Virus record (IMG/VR): IMGVR_UViG_3300021406_000010 | Span: 32,001-96,000 of that record | Reading direction: 5' to 3' (one strand) | Source of the DNA: a virus | DNA length: 64,000 nucleotides | In this document: piece by piece, positions 8,504-16,813 of the stretch | Numbering within the stretch: position 1 is the stretch's first letter | Layout: each line of letters starts with the position of its first letter | Position numbers and translations under genes: made by a program | Notes under the pieces: generated by a model | Seen by the model: only the letters and a program-made list of their open reading frames with translations | What the model was told of the DNA's origin: nothing | Database searches by the model: none

Positions 8504-9525
8504 CCACCGTCCTGGAGATCTGCGGCGGCGGCGGCGGGATGGCCCTCGGGCTGGAGCAGGCCGGGTTCGAGTGCGCCGCGATCGCGGAGATCGACCATGA
8601 CGCCTGCGACACGCTGCGCGCCAACCGTCCCGGCTGGAAGGTCATCGAGGGCGACGTCCGCGACCTGGACGGGAAGCAGTTCGACGGCATCGACCTGGTC
8701 GCGGGCGGGCCGCCTTGTCAGCCCTTCTCCGTCGGCGGCATGCAACTGGGGGAGGGCGACGAGCGGGACCTCTTCCCCGAGGCGCTGCGAATCGTCGGGG
8801 AAGCCCGGCCGCGCATGGTGATGCTGGAGAACGTCAAGGGCCTTTCCCAGAAGAGGTTCCTCGGTTACCGGGCCCAGGTCATCAAGAGCCTCTGCAAGAT
8901 GGGATACCGGAGCATCCGGTGGCGGGTAGTTAATGCCAGCTCGTGGGGGGTTCCCCAGCTCCGGCCACGGATGGTCCTCATCGCCGGGCGTAATCCCTCC
9001 TCCCTTTCCCTCGCCGGCGTCGGTGCTGACGGATCGCTGATCACTGACCTGCACGCAAGGGTGCCGTGGGCGCTCAGCATGCCTGGCGCGTCGTCCATGG
9101 CACCGTCCGTTGGCACGACCCTGCATGACCTCATGGCGTCCCGGGGCTGGCCCGGCGCATATGACTGGGCGATCAAGGCCAATGACATCGCCCCGACGAT
9201 CGTCGGGGGAAGCAAGAAGCACGGCGGCGCCGACCTCGGCCCGACCCGGGCGAAGGAGGCATGGCGGCGACTGAGGGTCGATGGCATGGGAATAGCCGAT
9301 GAGGCCCCCGGGCCGGACTTCCCCGTGGACGGGCTGCCAAGGCTCACCCTGCGGATGGTGGCACGGCTCCAGGGCTTCCCCGATGACTGGCTGTTCTCCG
9401 GCCGCAAGACGTCGGCCTACCGGCAGCTCGGCAACGCGTTCCCCCCGCCAGTCGCCAGGGCCTTCGGCGAGTCGATGGCGGCGGCGCTGCGGGGCAATCC
9501 GGCTTGCCCCGGGTTATGCTCGTAA
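8500..9525 (+). CDS. DNA (cytosine-5) methyltransferase, NaeI/NgoMIV-like (GCCGGC predicted)
   Basis: Motif I EICGGGGG, GGPPCQPFS, ENVKG, PQLRPR, RLQGFPD, YRQLGNAFP; TRD APTIVGGSKKHGGADLGPTRAK. Confidence 0.92.
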   Translation: MTTVLEICGGGGGMALGLEQAGFECAAIAEIDHDACDTLRANRPGWKVIEGDVRDLDGKQFDGIDLVAGGPPCQPFSVGGMQLGEGDERDLFPEALRIVGEARPRMVMLENVKGLSQKRFLGYRAQVIKSLCKMGYRSIRWRVVNASSWGVPQLRPRMVLIAGRNPSSLSLAGVGADGSLITDLHARVPWALSMPGASSMAPSVGTTLHDLMASRGWPGAYDWAIKANDIAPTIVGGSKKHGGADLGPTRAKEAWRRLRVDGMGIADEAPGPDFPVDGLPRLTLRMVARLQGFPDDWLFSGRKTSAYRQLGNAFPPPVARAFGESMAAALRGNPACPGLCS

Positions 9526-9552
9526 GTGCCGCCGACCCCCCGTAGGCGGCAC
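9526..9552. terminator. Hairpin between convergent transcription units
   Basis: GTGCCGCC...GGCGGCAC 8-bp stem. Confidence 0.4.
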
Positions 9553-9629
9553 AGGGCGGCGATGCCCCCGTCTCGCCGGCCCGTCAAGGCGGCTCTTCGG
9601 CACCAGCAACCGAAGGGCCGCCGCCCTTT

Positions 9630-10610
9630 TCAGAGGGCGAGCAGCGGGGCCGCCTCGGCCAGCTCCCCGGCGCCAGCAGCGGCGCCGCCGCCTCCCATGC
9701 CGGGCAGCAGCGACCGGAGGCCCTGCCCCTCGAGCATGTGCGAGGCGGCACCGCCGCCGTGGTCGCCCCCTTGCGGCGCGGCCGGGCCAGGGCCGGCCGG
9801 GGTGTCGGAGATGACCTGGGACGACAAGTCCGTGGCGGCGGTCAGGTAGCGGCCCACCACGGCGCGGGCGATCCGCCCGCACTCCGGCTCCGGCAGCCCG
9901 GGGTTGGACCGGGAGATCATGGCCTCCACCCGGATGACCTCCCGCAGCACCGGGTCGGCGGAGGCCTGGCGGGGCGGCAGCGGCCCCTCCCCCGAGCCGG
10001 CGGGGAGGGTGGGCGCCATGCCGCCCATCTCAGGCGACGGGACGCCGGTTTCCAGCGACCCCGGTCCCGTCCCGGTTTCCGGCGGGGTGAAGGCGGGCAT
10101 CATCGCCGACTCGGGCATGGCGTCGGCCTGGCGGCGCAGCGACCCGGTGGCCTGGGTCACCGGTCCCGCGTACGGCGGCCGGGGCCTGGTGACATCCGGG
10201 GAAGGGCCGCCGGGGGCGCCCTGCGGCACCTCGGCGTAGGAGCCGGAGAAGTCCGGCCCCTCGTCGTGCTCGTCAGGCTTGGCGGGGCCGGACCCGTAAC
10301 CGGACCCGTTGCTGGCCAGCCCCGCCACCTCCTCCGCCGGGTCCTGCCCCTCGGCGAGGGCCTCGCGGCACAGCTCATAGCGGCGCCGGGCGGTGGCCAT
10401 CAGGTCTTCGGGATCGAGATCGCAAGCGTGCGCGATGGCGGCGATGGAGCCCTGCGCGAGGGCGCTGCGGTGCGCGTACTCCTGCGGGGAGCGGGCGGCC
10501 AGCAGGAACGGCATCACCGTCTCCAGGTGCGCGTCGGCCAGGTCGAGGGCCGCCTGCCGCCGCCCGAGGTCGTGCTCGGCCCAGCTGCCGTCCCACAGGT
10601 CGTCGCTCAC
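9630..10610 (-). CDS. Putative head-associated/virion protein
   Basis: 326 aa; Pro/Gly-rich; RQA/TAA-type linkers; shares the GSGPxKPDEH...SYAEVP motif with 12364-13761. Confidence 0.6.
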   Translation of the reverse strand: MSDDLWDGSWAEHDLGRRQAALDLADAHLETVMPFLLAARSPQEYAHRSALAQGSIAAIAHACDLDPEDLMATARRRYELCREALAEGQDPAEEVAGLASNGSGYGSGPAKPDEHDEGPDFSGSYAEVPQGAPGGPSPDVTRPRPPYAGPVTQATGSLRRQADAMPESAMMPAFTPPETGTGPGSLETGVPSPEMGGMAPTLPAGSGEGPLPPRQASADPVLREVIRVEAMISRSNPGLPEPECGRIARAVVGRYLTAATDLSSQVISDTPAGPGPAAPQGGDHGGGAASHMLEGQGLRSLLPGMGGGGAAAGAGELAEAAPLLAL

Positions 10611-12367
10611 TGCGCCCCTCCTGCCATCGCCCGTGCCCCGTGCTGGACGCGGGCCCGGAATGCCGCCAGCCGCTGGCTGGCCACCCGGTCGGTGCCCCGG
10701 TCGCCCTCATACGCGGGCTTGTTAGAGTACCCGGGCTGATTGGCGGAGTTGGGGGCGACGGGGGCCAGGGTGGCGTTCTCCGGGTGCGCCCCGGAGAAGG
10801 TCTGGGTGAACGGGCCGTCCGGCTGCTCTGGGCGCTGCGGCTTCCCCATCACGTCATCGGGGACCACCGGCCCGCCGGACAGCGGCGGGGCACCCTGGTA
10901 GGGCGGCGCCCCGCCGGGGGCAGCCGCCTCGGTGAGGCCGCCCATCGGGGGTTGGGTGCCAGGGCCGTTCAGGGGGGTGGCGCCCATGGGGTCCGGGGAG
11001 GTTCCCGGACCGTCGGTGATCAGGTCGGTGGAGGTGGCCGCCTGGCGCTGGACGTACGCCCCGGTGGCCTGGATTCCGGCCCTGCGGGCGTGCTTGCGGG
11101 TGAACGAGACGTGCCGCTCGATCCGGTGCGCCAGGTCTGGGTGGGTGCCCATCGCGTGCGCTGCCAGCCACTCCTGCTGGGCACCCGGGGCGTCGGTGAT
11201 GCCGGAGTACAGGCCCGCCTCGAACCGGGCGCTGCCCTGGGACACGAGCCGCTGCCCGGGTTGCCACCGGGTGGCGAACAGGTACCCCTTGCGGAAGTCC
11301 GGGTCATCGAAGAGGGCGTCGGGGGCGAACGTGGCCGACGCGCGGCGCAGCGACGCGGTCCTCGACGCCTTCGACACCTGGAAGGCCCGCTGCGCCTCCT
11401 GGGCGTTCGCCGCCTGGCCGGAGTCACCTCCCAGGGAGCGGGGCGCGTCCATGGGGCCGGCCGGGGCCTGGGCGCCCGCGTACCCCTCGGAGTAGCCCTT
11501 CACGTAGGGGGAGACCCCAGGGGAGGAGTCGGCGAACGCCGGCCGCTCGCCTGATGCCCGGTCGGCGCGGCCGGCCTTCTCGCCCGCCGCGTAGTCCGCG
11601 CCGCCCGGCTGGTCCGGGGGGGTGGTCTGCGGCGAGTTGTACGGGGGGTGCAGGTCGTCGGTGGTGGAGCGCGGCTGGGACCATGCGTCGGCAGTGTGCA
11701 GCGCCGCCGTGGTGCCGCGCTGCTCGGCGTACAGCAGCGTGCCGGGCGCGGTGTGCATCTTGCGGCCCTCGGCGTAGGCGGCGAGGTACTCGCCGTGCAG
11801 GTCGCGACGGCCGGTGGACTTCTCGTACTCGTCGGCCGTCATGGGGGCGCGGCCCACCATGCCGTGCATCAGCCCGGCCGTCCCGTTCCAGCCGCTCAGG
11901 TAGCGGCCGTGCTGGATCTTGGAGTGCCCGAAGTCCTCCTGGTGGCGGGGCTTGCGGCCGTCGAGGGCGTCGGCGTGGCCCATCATCCGGGCGCCCTGCG
12001 GCGGCAGGTCGGACTTTGCTCCCTGGCGCGCCTTGGGGCGCGGCCCGGCGGGGCTGGTCACCCACTGCTCCCCGAGGGAGTCCCCGAGGGGGAAGGCGAC
12101 CCCCTCGGGGAGCTGGTCGTCCTCCGGGGACGGGACGTTATCCGGGTCGGTCACCTGCTGCACCTGGTCCAGGCCGGAGGCGGCAGTATGAGCGTTGCCC
12201 CCGTTAGCAGGAGCCTTGTCCTCGGTGCGGTGCTTAATCTCCCCGCAGTATGATGACGGGTCTCGTTTTTCGCTGTTCCGGGCGACGCAGTCCTCGAAGT
12301 CCCGGTACCCCGCGAACGGGGCGCCCTTCCGGAGCGAGGCAGTGAGGCCGTCCTCCACGGCGGTCAC
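10607..12367 (-). CDS. Putative head-associated/virion protein (586 aa)
   Basis: GTG 12367 overlaps upstream TGA; segments separated by HTAA/RTAS/RQAA; ASGLDQV...DPDN motif shared with neighbour. Confidence 0.6.
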   Translation of the reverse strand: MTAVEDGLTASLRKGAPFAGYRDFEDCVARNSEKRDPSSYCGEIKHRTEDKAPANGGNAHTAASGLDQVQQVTDPDNVPSPEDDQLPEGVAFPLGDSLGEQWVTSPAGPRPKARQGAKSDLPPQGARMMGHADALDGRKPRHQEDFGHSKIQHGRYLSGWNGTAGLMHGMVGRAPMTADEYEKSTGRRDLHGEYLAAYAEGRKMHTAPGTLLYAEQRGTTAALHTADAWSQPRSTTDDLHPPYNSPQTTPPDQPGGADYAAGEKAGRADRASGERPAFADSSPGVSPYVKGYSEGYAGAQAPAGPMDAPRSLGGDSGQAANAQEAQRAFQVSKASRTASLRRASATFAPDALFDDPDFRKGYLFATRWQPGQRLVSQGSARFEAGLYSGITDAPGAQQEWLAAHAMGTHPDLAHRIERHVSFTRKHARRAGIQATGAYVQRQAATSTDLITDGPGTSPDPMGATPLNGPGTQPPMGGLTEAAAPGGAPPYQGAPPLSGGPVVPDDVMGKPQRPEQPDGPFTQTFSGAHPENATLAPVAPNSANQPGYSNKPAYEGDRGTDRVASQRLAAFRARVQHGARAMAGGAQ

Positions 12368-13761
12368 TTGCCGCCCACGGGCGCTGCCCCGTACTCCCTC
12401 GCCATCTCGCTGAGGTACTGCACTACCTTGACGTGCGGATCGCCGGCGGCGGCGGTCTTGCGGCCAGGGTGCCCGCAGGAGCACGAGCCGCCCGCGCAGC
12501 CGCCGCAGTCGCCGCCGGAGCAGGCCCCGCACCGCTGGGACTCGGCGAGCACCGGGCGGACGATCGCGAGGAAGCCGTGCAGCACGGCGGAGTCCTCGGC
12601 GGTGCGGTCAGAGGATCCCCACCCGGCCGTCACCCGGTTGTGCCAGGCGCCCAGGTCAGCCGGCCCCCGGGAGGCGGTGACGGCCCGCAGTCCCTCGGCG
12701 GCGCCGATCCGCTCGCACCGGGCAGCGCGGCGGGCCTGGTCGTAGTCCATCAGGTAGCCGACCGCGACCGACGCGGTGTGCGACCTGTCCCCGCAGCAGC
12801 CCTCGTCGGGCCAGTGCGCGGATCCGCAGCGCTCATGGAACGGGTGCATCACCTCCCGCTGCATCGCCCACCGGTAGCCGAACGGGTCGGGCAGCGAGTA
12901 GCCGTCGACCGAGGCCACCACCGGGCGGCGGTCCGCCCCGGCGTCCTGCGGCTGCCCCTGGATCGGCGTGGGCGCCGTGGGAGCGGACGGCCCCTGCCCG
13001 GGGGCCGCAGTGGGGATGGTCCCCGGCGGGCCGAGCGGCACCTCGGCGTAGGAATCTGCGGTGTCGAAGGCCGTGGTGTGCTCGTCCGGCTTCTCCGGCC
13101 CCGACCCGAACCCGGATCCCGAGTTCTCCTGCCGGTTGATCAGGCCCAGCATCGGCGCACCGGTGCTGGCGGCCTGCGAGTCGTGGCCGTCGCCCTCCAC
13201 CTGATTGAACGGGTCCTGCTCCTCCCCGAAGGTATCGAACACCTCGGTGGGGTACGGGGTGGCAGACGGGGCGTTGTCGGGGTCAACCGTCTGGTCGACC
13301 TGCGGCAGGCCGGAGGCTCCCTCGCGGGAGGACAGGTAGCCGACGACCGACAGGAACTCGGCCTCGGCGGCAGGCGCCTGGGCGCCGTGCGCGGAGGCCA
13401 GCGACCGGGCGCGGCCCCGGGCCTGCTCGGCCAGCTCCCCGCCGTCGCGGCGGACGGCCGGGTCCAGCGACCGGTACCACGACGACGCCTGGGCGATCAT
13501 GGCCTCCCGGTACCCGGCTCGGGGCTCCTGCCAGTCGGCCAGCCAGTCGGTGGCGGCGGTGTGGTGCTCGTGCAGCGGGACGGGAGTGAGCCGCTGGGCG
13601 GCCAGCCGCGCCCCCAGGTCGGACTCCCGCTCCCCGGCCGCCTGCGCCGCGCGCTGCCGGTCCCAGGAGTCCAGCGCGGCGACGGCCCGCGCGAGGTCCT
13701 GCCCGCTGCCACGGGCGTGGGCGGCTGCGACGGCCTGGGCCAGGGCAGTGCGGTCGGTCAT
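12364..13761 (-). CDS. Putative head-associated/virion protein (465 aa from ATG 13761)
   Basis: GGAGG RBS before ATG 13761; HHTAATDWL and ASGLPQVDQ..DPDN motifs; frame stays open upstream to 14292. Confidence 0.6.
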   Translation of the reverse strand: MTDRTALAQAVAAAHARGSGQDLARAVAALDSWDRQRAAQAAGERESDLGARLAAQRLTPVPLHEHHTAATDWLADWQEPRAGYREAMIAQASSWYRSLDPAVRRDGGELAEQARGRARSLASAHGAQAPAAEAEFLSVVGYLSSREGASGLPQVDQTVDPDNAPSATPYPTEVFDTFGEEQDPFNQVEGDGHDSQAASTGAPMLGLINRQENSGSGFGSGPEKPDEHTTAFDTADSYAEVPLGPPGTIPTAAPGQGPSAPTAPTPIQGQPQDAGADRRPVVASVDGYSLPDPFGYRWAMQREVMHPFHERCGSAHWPDEGCCGDRSHTASVAVGYLMDYDQARRAARCERIGAAEGLRAVTASRGPADLGAWHNRVTAGWGSSDRTAEDSAVLHGFLAIVRPVLAESQRCGACSGGDCGGCAGGSCSCGHPGRKTAAAGDPHVKVVQYLSEMAREYGAAPVGGK

Positions 13762-14292
13762 CGGGGTGTCCCTCCGCTTTGGTCTCCTGACCCTTCTGCG
13801 GCCCGTGACGTCACGGGCAGGTAACGGTAACGCGGTGATAACGGCCACGACGAGCCGCAGGTCACGGTGCCGGACCGGCGGGAGCCGCCCGGCCTCCAGG
13901 AAGTCCGTCCACATGCCCGCCACCTCGTCCGCGTCCAGCCCGGCCGCCACCCGCGCCGCCGACCACCCGGCCAGCTTGCCGTGCCAGCGCTGCCTGGTGC
14001 CCTGGTCGGGCCTGCGGACCGGGACGAGGCCCCTCTGGACGGCCATGTCCACCAGGGCGCGGAGCTGGCTGCGGGTGAGGACCGCCCGGCCGCCGGCGCT
14101 GACGAGGCGGCAGGCCACCTCCAGGACGTCCTCCCCCTCCCCGGCGGCGACCCTGCGCGCTGCGGCGTCAGCGGCGGCGCAGGCGGGGTGGAGCTTGGCG
14201 CCGTGCCAGAACATGACGTCCTCGCCCAGCGTGAACTCGAGCTGGCACCCGCCGCAGGTGAGGCCAGCCTCCCAGGCCGTGATCGTGGACAA
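13762..14292 (-). CDS. Hypothetical protein or N-terminal extension, in frame with the downstream gene
   Basis: TTG 14292 after GGGAGGGAG RBS; CGGC...HPAC motif; no stop before ATG 13761. Confidence 0.45.
13801..13818. promoter_or_regulatory. Perfect 18-bp palindrome
   Basis: GCCCGTGAC|GTCACGGGC, 40 nt upstream of ATG 13761. Confidence 0.5.
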
Positions 14293-14323
14293 CGCTCCCT
14301 CCCGGACCTTCCGGGGGGAGGAG

Positions 14324-14566
14324 TCACTGGCCCGGCTGCTCCGGCGGGTAGGCGGCGAGCACGGCCGCCGCGAGCAGTGCGCGGGCCTGCTCCTTCAGCG
14401 CCGACAGCAGCATGGACGCCTCCTGGTGGGAGGATCCCTTCAGGGCGGCCTGCACGTCGGCGATGGCCCTGATGTCCTCGACGTGCCCCCAGATGTTCTC
14501 GCGATGGGGCCAGTCGCGCGGGTCGGGGCCATCGACGACGACCTCCTGCGGCTCGTCAGGAGTCAT
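14324..14566 (-). CDS. Hypothetical protein (80 aa)
   Basis: ATG 14566 after GGAGGA RBS. Confidence 0.6.
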   Translation of the reverse strand: MTPDEPQEVVVDGPDPRDWPHRENIWGHVEDIRAIADVQAALKGSSHQEASMLLSALKEQARALLAAAVLAAYPPEQPGQ

Positions 14567-14750
14567 CGCCGTCGTCCTCCAGCTCAGGCTCGCCACGGTG
14601 TACGCGCGTGCACCGCGCCGCGCCGCGCTCGGACAGGTGATGGCCTCCGCTAGCGCACACCCACATCGTGACCGGCCTGCTCTCTCGCGGCTCGGTCAGC
14701 CACTTGAGCGTGCTCTCCCTGGACTCGGCCAGCCGCCTGATGAGCCCCAT
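14556..14750 (-). CDS. Hypothetical protein
   Basis: 64 aa ORF filling the operon gap. Confidence 0.5.
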   Translation of the reverse strand: MGLIRRLAESRESTLKWLTEPRESRPVTMWVCASGGHHLSERGAARCTRVHRGEPELEDDGDDS

Positions 14751-14751
14751 G

Positions 14752-15378
14752 TCATCCCTCCAGGACCGAGCGGAACGCGGCCACCGTCGAGGCGCGCATC
14801 TGCGCCCGCGTGGCGCCGACGGCGTGCAGGATGGCGGACGGGTGGTAGACGGGCAGCAGCAGCCACGGCCCGGCGTCGTCCCGCAGGCGCCCGCGCCACT
14901 CGGGGAGGCTCCCGGGGTCGCCGGTGACGCAGTTCCAGGCGGGCGTCCCGCAGGTGATGACCACCTGCGGCCCGGTCAGGCCGATCTCGGCCAGCACCCG
15001 GCCGCGCGAGGCCTGCACCTGGAACGGGTAGGGGGTGCGGTTGCCGGGCGGGCGCCACGGCAGCACGTTGGTGACGTAGCACTCCCCCCACGGGATTCCC
15101 GCCTCGCCGAGCATCTTCTGCAGCAGCCGGCCGGCGGGTCCCACGAAGGGGGCGCCCGCTTCCTCTTCCTCCTTGCCCGGGGCCTCCCCGACGATGACGA
15201 CGGGGGCGTTCGGCGGCCCGCAGCCGCGCACCAGGCGCTTCCCGTCCGCTGCCTGCCGCAGGACCGGGATGGCCGCGTACCGCTCCCACAGGGCGTCCAT
15301 GGCCTCCTCGCGGGTGGTCACGCACTTCTCCAGGGCGTATTGCTCGTACGGCTCCACGAGCGACTCCCCGCCGTTCAC
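14752..15378 (-). CDS. Uracil-DNA glycosylase, family 4-like
   Basis: VGEAPG.EE...G.PFVGPAG.LL, YVTNV..WRPPGNRTP, YHPSAIL. Confidence 0.9.
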   Translation of the reverse strand: MNGGESLVEPYEQYALEKCVTTREEAMDALWERYAAIPVLRQAADGKRLVRGCGPPNAPVVIVGEAPGKEEEEAGAPFVGPAGRLLQKMLGEAGIPWGECYVTNVLPWRPPGNRTPYPFQVQASRGRVLAEIGLTGPQVVITCGTPAWNCVTGDPGSLPEWRGRLRDDAGPWLLLPVYHPSAILHAVGATRAQMRASTVAAFRSVLEG

Positions 15379-15632
15379 GTGCAGTCCAGGCCGCAGCCAT
15401 TGCAGGCGAGGATGGTGCCGTCGTCGTTCCAGGTGGTCGCGAGCGGGTCCCCGGCGGCCGTGCAGGTCCTCGGGGTGCAGGGCCAGTTGCCGGGCTGGAC
15501 CTTACGGCCGCCGTCGGCGTGCCCGGGGAGGTGGCCGATTCCGAACGCCGCGCTCAGCGGCCAGGGCACGTCGCCGAGCCGCACCGGGTTTCCGTCAACG
15601 TGCACGATCTCGTCGGGTGATCGCCGTTCCAT
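15375..15632 (-). CDS. Cys-rich hypothetical protein
   Basis: 85 aa; GGAGG RBS; ends LACNGCGLDCT. Confidence 0.6.
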   Translation of the reverse strand: MERRSPDEIVHVDGNPVRLGDVPWPLSAAFGIGHLPGHADGGRKVQPGNWPCTPRTCTAAGDPLATTWNDDGTILACNGCGLDCT

Positions 15633-15648
15633 GGTGGCCTCCCTGCAG

Positions 15649-16002
15649 TCATTCCCATGATAATGCAGGGTTGCTTGCTAATGAAACCCGGTCCGGGGAG
15701 CTGTCCACGATGACGGTGCCCCGGACGTCCAGCACGAGCCACCTGTCGGGGATGGCGCAGCCCACGACGCAGTCCGGGCCGTGCTGGTGGCGGTCGTACT
15801 CCCCGCCGATCAGCTCCCAGTCCCGCAGGTCGGCCGCCGTCCGCCACAGCTGCCAGCCGGCCGTCCGGTCGCACTGGACCTGCAGCCCAACCTGCAGCCC
15901 GTAGGGAAGGTCGAACAGCCGCGTGCGGGGGATGCCCGGTGCCGTGACGTGCAGGTCGTGGTAGGAGGGAGGGCCTCCGGGCGGGTAATCCCTCACGGCC
16001 AA
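15649..16002 (-). CDS. Hypothetical protein
   Basis: About 117 aa; start uncertain. Confidence 0.5.
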   Translation of the reverse strand: MAVRDYPPGGPPSYHDLHVTAPGIPRTRLFDLPYGLQVGLQVQCDRTAGWQLWRTAADLRDWELIGGEYDRHQHGPDCVVGCAIPDRWLVLDVRGTVIVDSSPDRVSLASNPALSWE

Positions 16003-16271
16003 CGGCCCTCATGACCTCGTCCTTCCAGGCGATCCCGGCGGTGCCCGACCACTGCATCAGGCCGTGCAGGAACCGCATGGCCCCCTCGTCCCAGCGGGAC
16101 TCGTCCCCGGTGACGGACAGGAAGCCGCGCTCGTCCTCGGTCATCACCAGCAGCTCGGTGCCGTCGGCGGCCGGGATGACGATGCGGAACCGGGAAAGTT
16201 GCGGGATGTTGCTCGCGACGATGGCCCCTGGCGGCGCGGTTACCCTGCCTGGCAGCCGGGCGGTCATGTGG

Positions 16272-16532
16272 TCACGGGGGTCCGGCTGCACCGGGGCCTC
16301 CCTTCAGCTGGGCCTCCAGCGGGGCAAACGGGTCATCGGAGGGGACGGCCGACTCCCAGCCGGGATTCGCTGCCTCCCACGCCTCCCGGCGGTCTATGGC
16401 CGCCCGTAGCGTCCTGGGGCAGCACGGGCCAGGGTGCAACTCGGGAAGCGAGCAGTGATGGTCGATGAGGCCGTCCTCGGACTGGGCGAGGCGGCAGGAC
16501 CGCTGCGGGTGCTCGGCGAACTTAGCTGTCAT
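16272..16532 (-). CDS. Hypothetical protein (86 aa)
   Basis: ATG 16532 overlapping upstream stop; C...CSLPELHPGPC. Confidence 0.6.
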   Translation of the reverse strand: MTAKFAEHPQRSCRLAQSEDGLIDHHCSLPELHPGPCCPRTLRAAIDRREAWEAANPGWESAVPSDDPFAPLEAQLKGGPGAAGPP

Positions 16533-16813
16533 ATGCCCGTCACCACCAGGCGGAATGAGCGCTTCACCATCAGGCCGAGTATCTCGTCCAGCTGCCACCG
16601 GGTGGCGGCCGGGACGTCAAGCGCCAGCGGCGGGAGCGCCCCCGGCAGCGCGGACGCGGCCAGGACCACGCCGCTGAATCCCTCCAGGCAGGGAGTCTCC
16701 TCCACCCGCAGGAACTCCTCGCCCCGGTCGCGCAGGATGCGCTCCGCCTGCTCCCTGAGGCCGGGCGCGCAGAACGCCATCGGCGGCGGGACCGGGTCAT
16801 CGGGGCTGGTCAT
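16529..16813 (-). CDS. Hypothetical protein (94 aa)
   Basis: ATG 16813 in ATGA overlap with the stop of the giant ORF. Confidence 0.6.
   Translation of the reverse strand: MTSPDDPVPPPMAFCAPGLREQAERILRDRGEEFLRVEETPCLEGFSGVVLAASALPGALPPLALDVPAATRWQLDEILGLMVKRSFRLVVTGI

Noticed and set aside
15554-16291. 245-aa ORF as a single gene
   Set aside because: Only the first ~90 codons look protein-like; the rest overlaps 15649-16002 in another frame, so boundaries could not be supported
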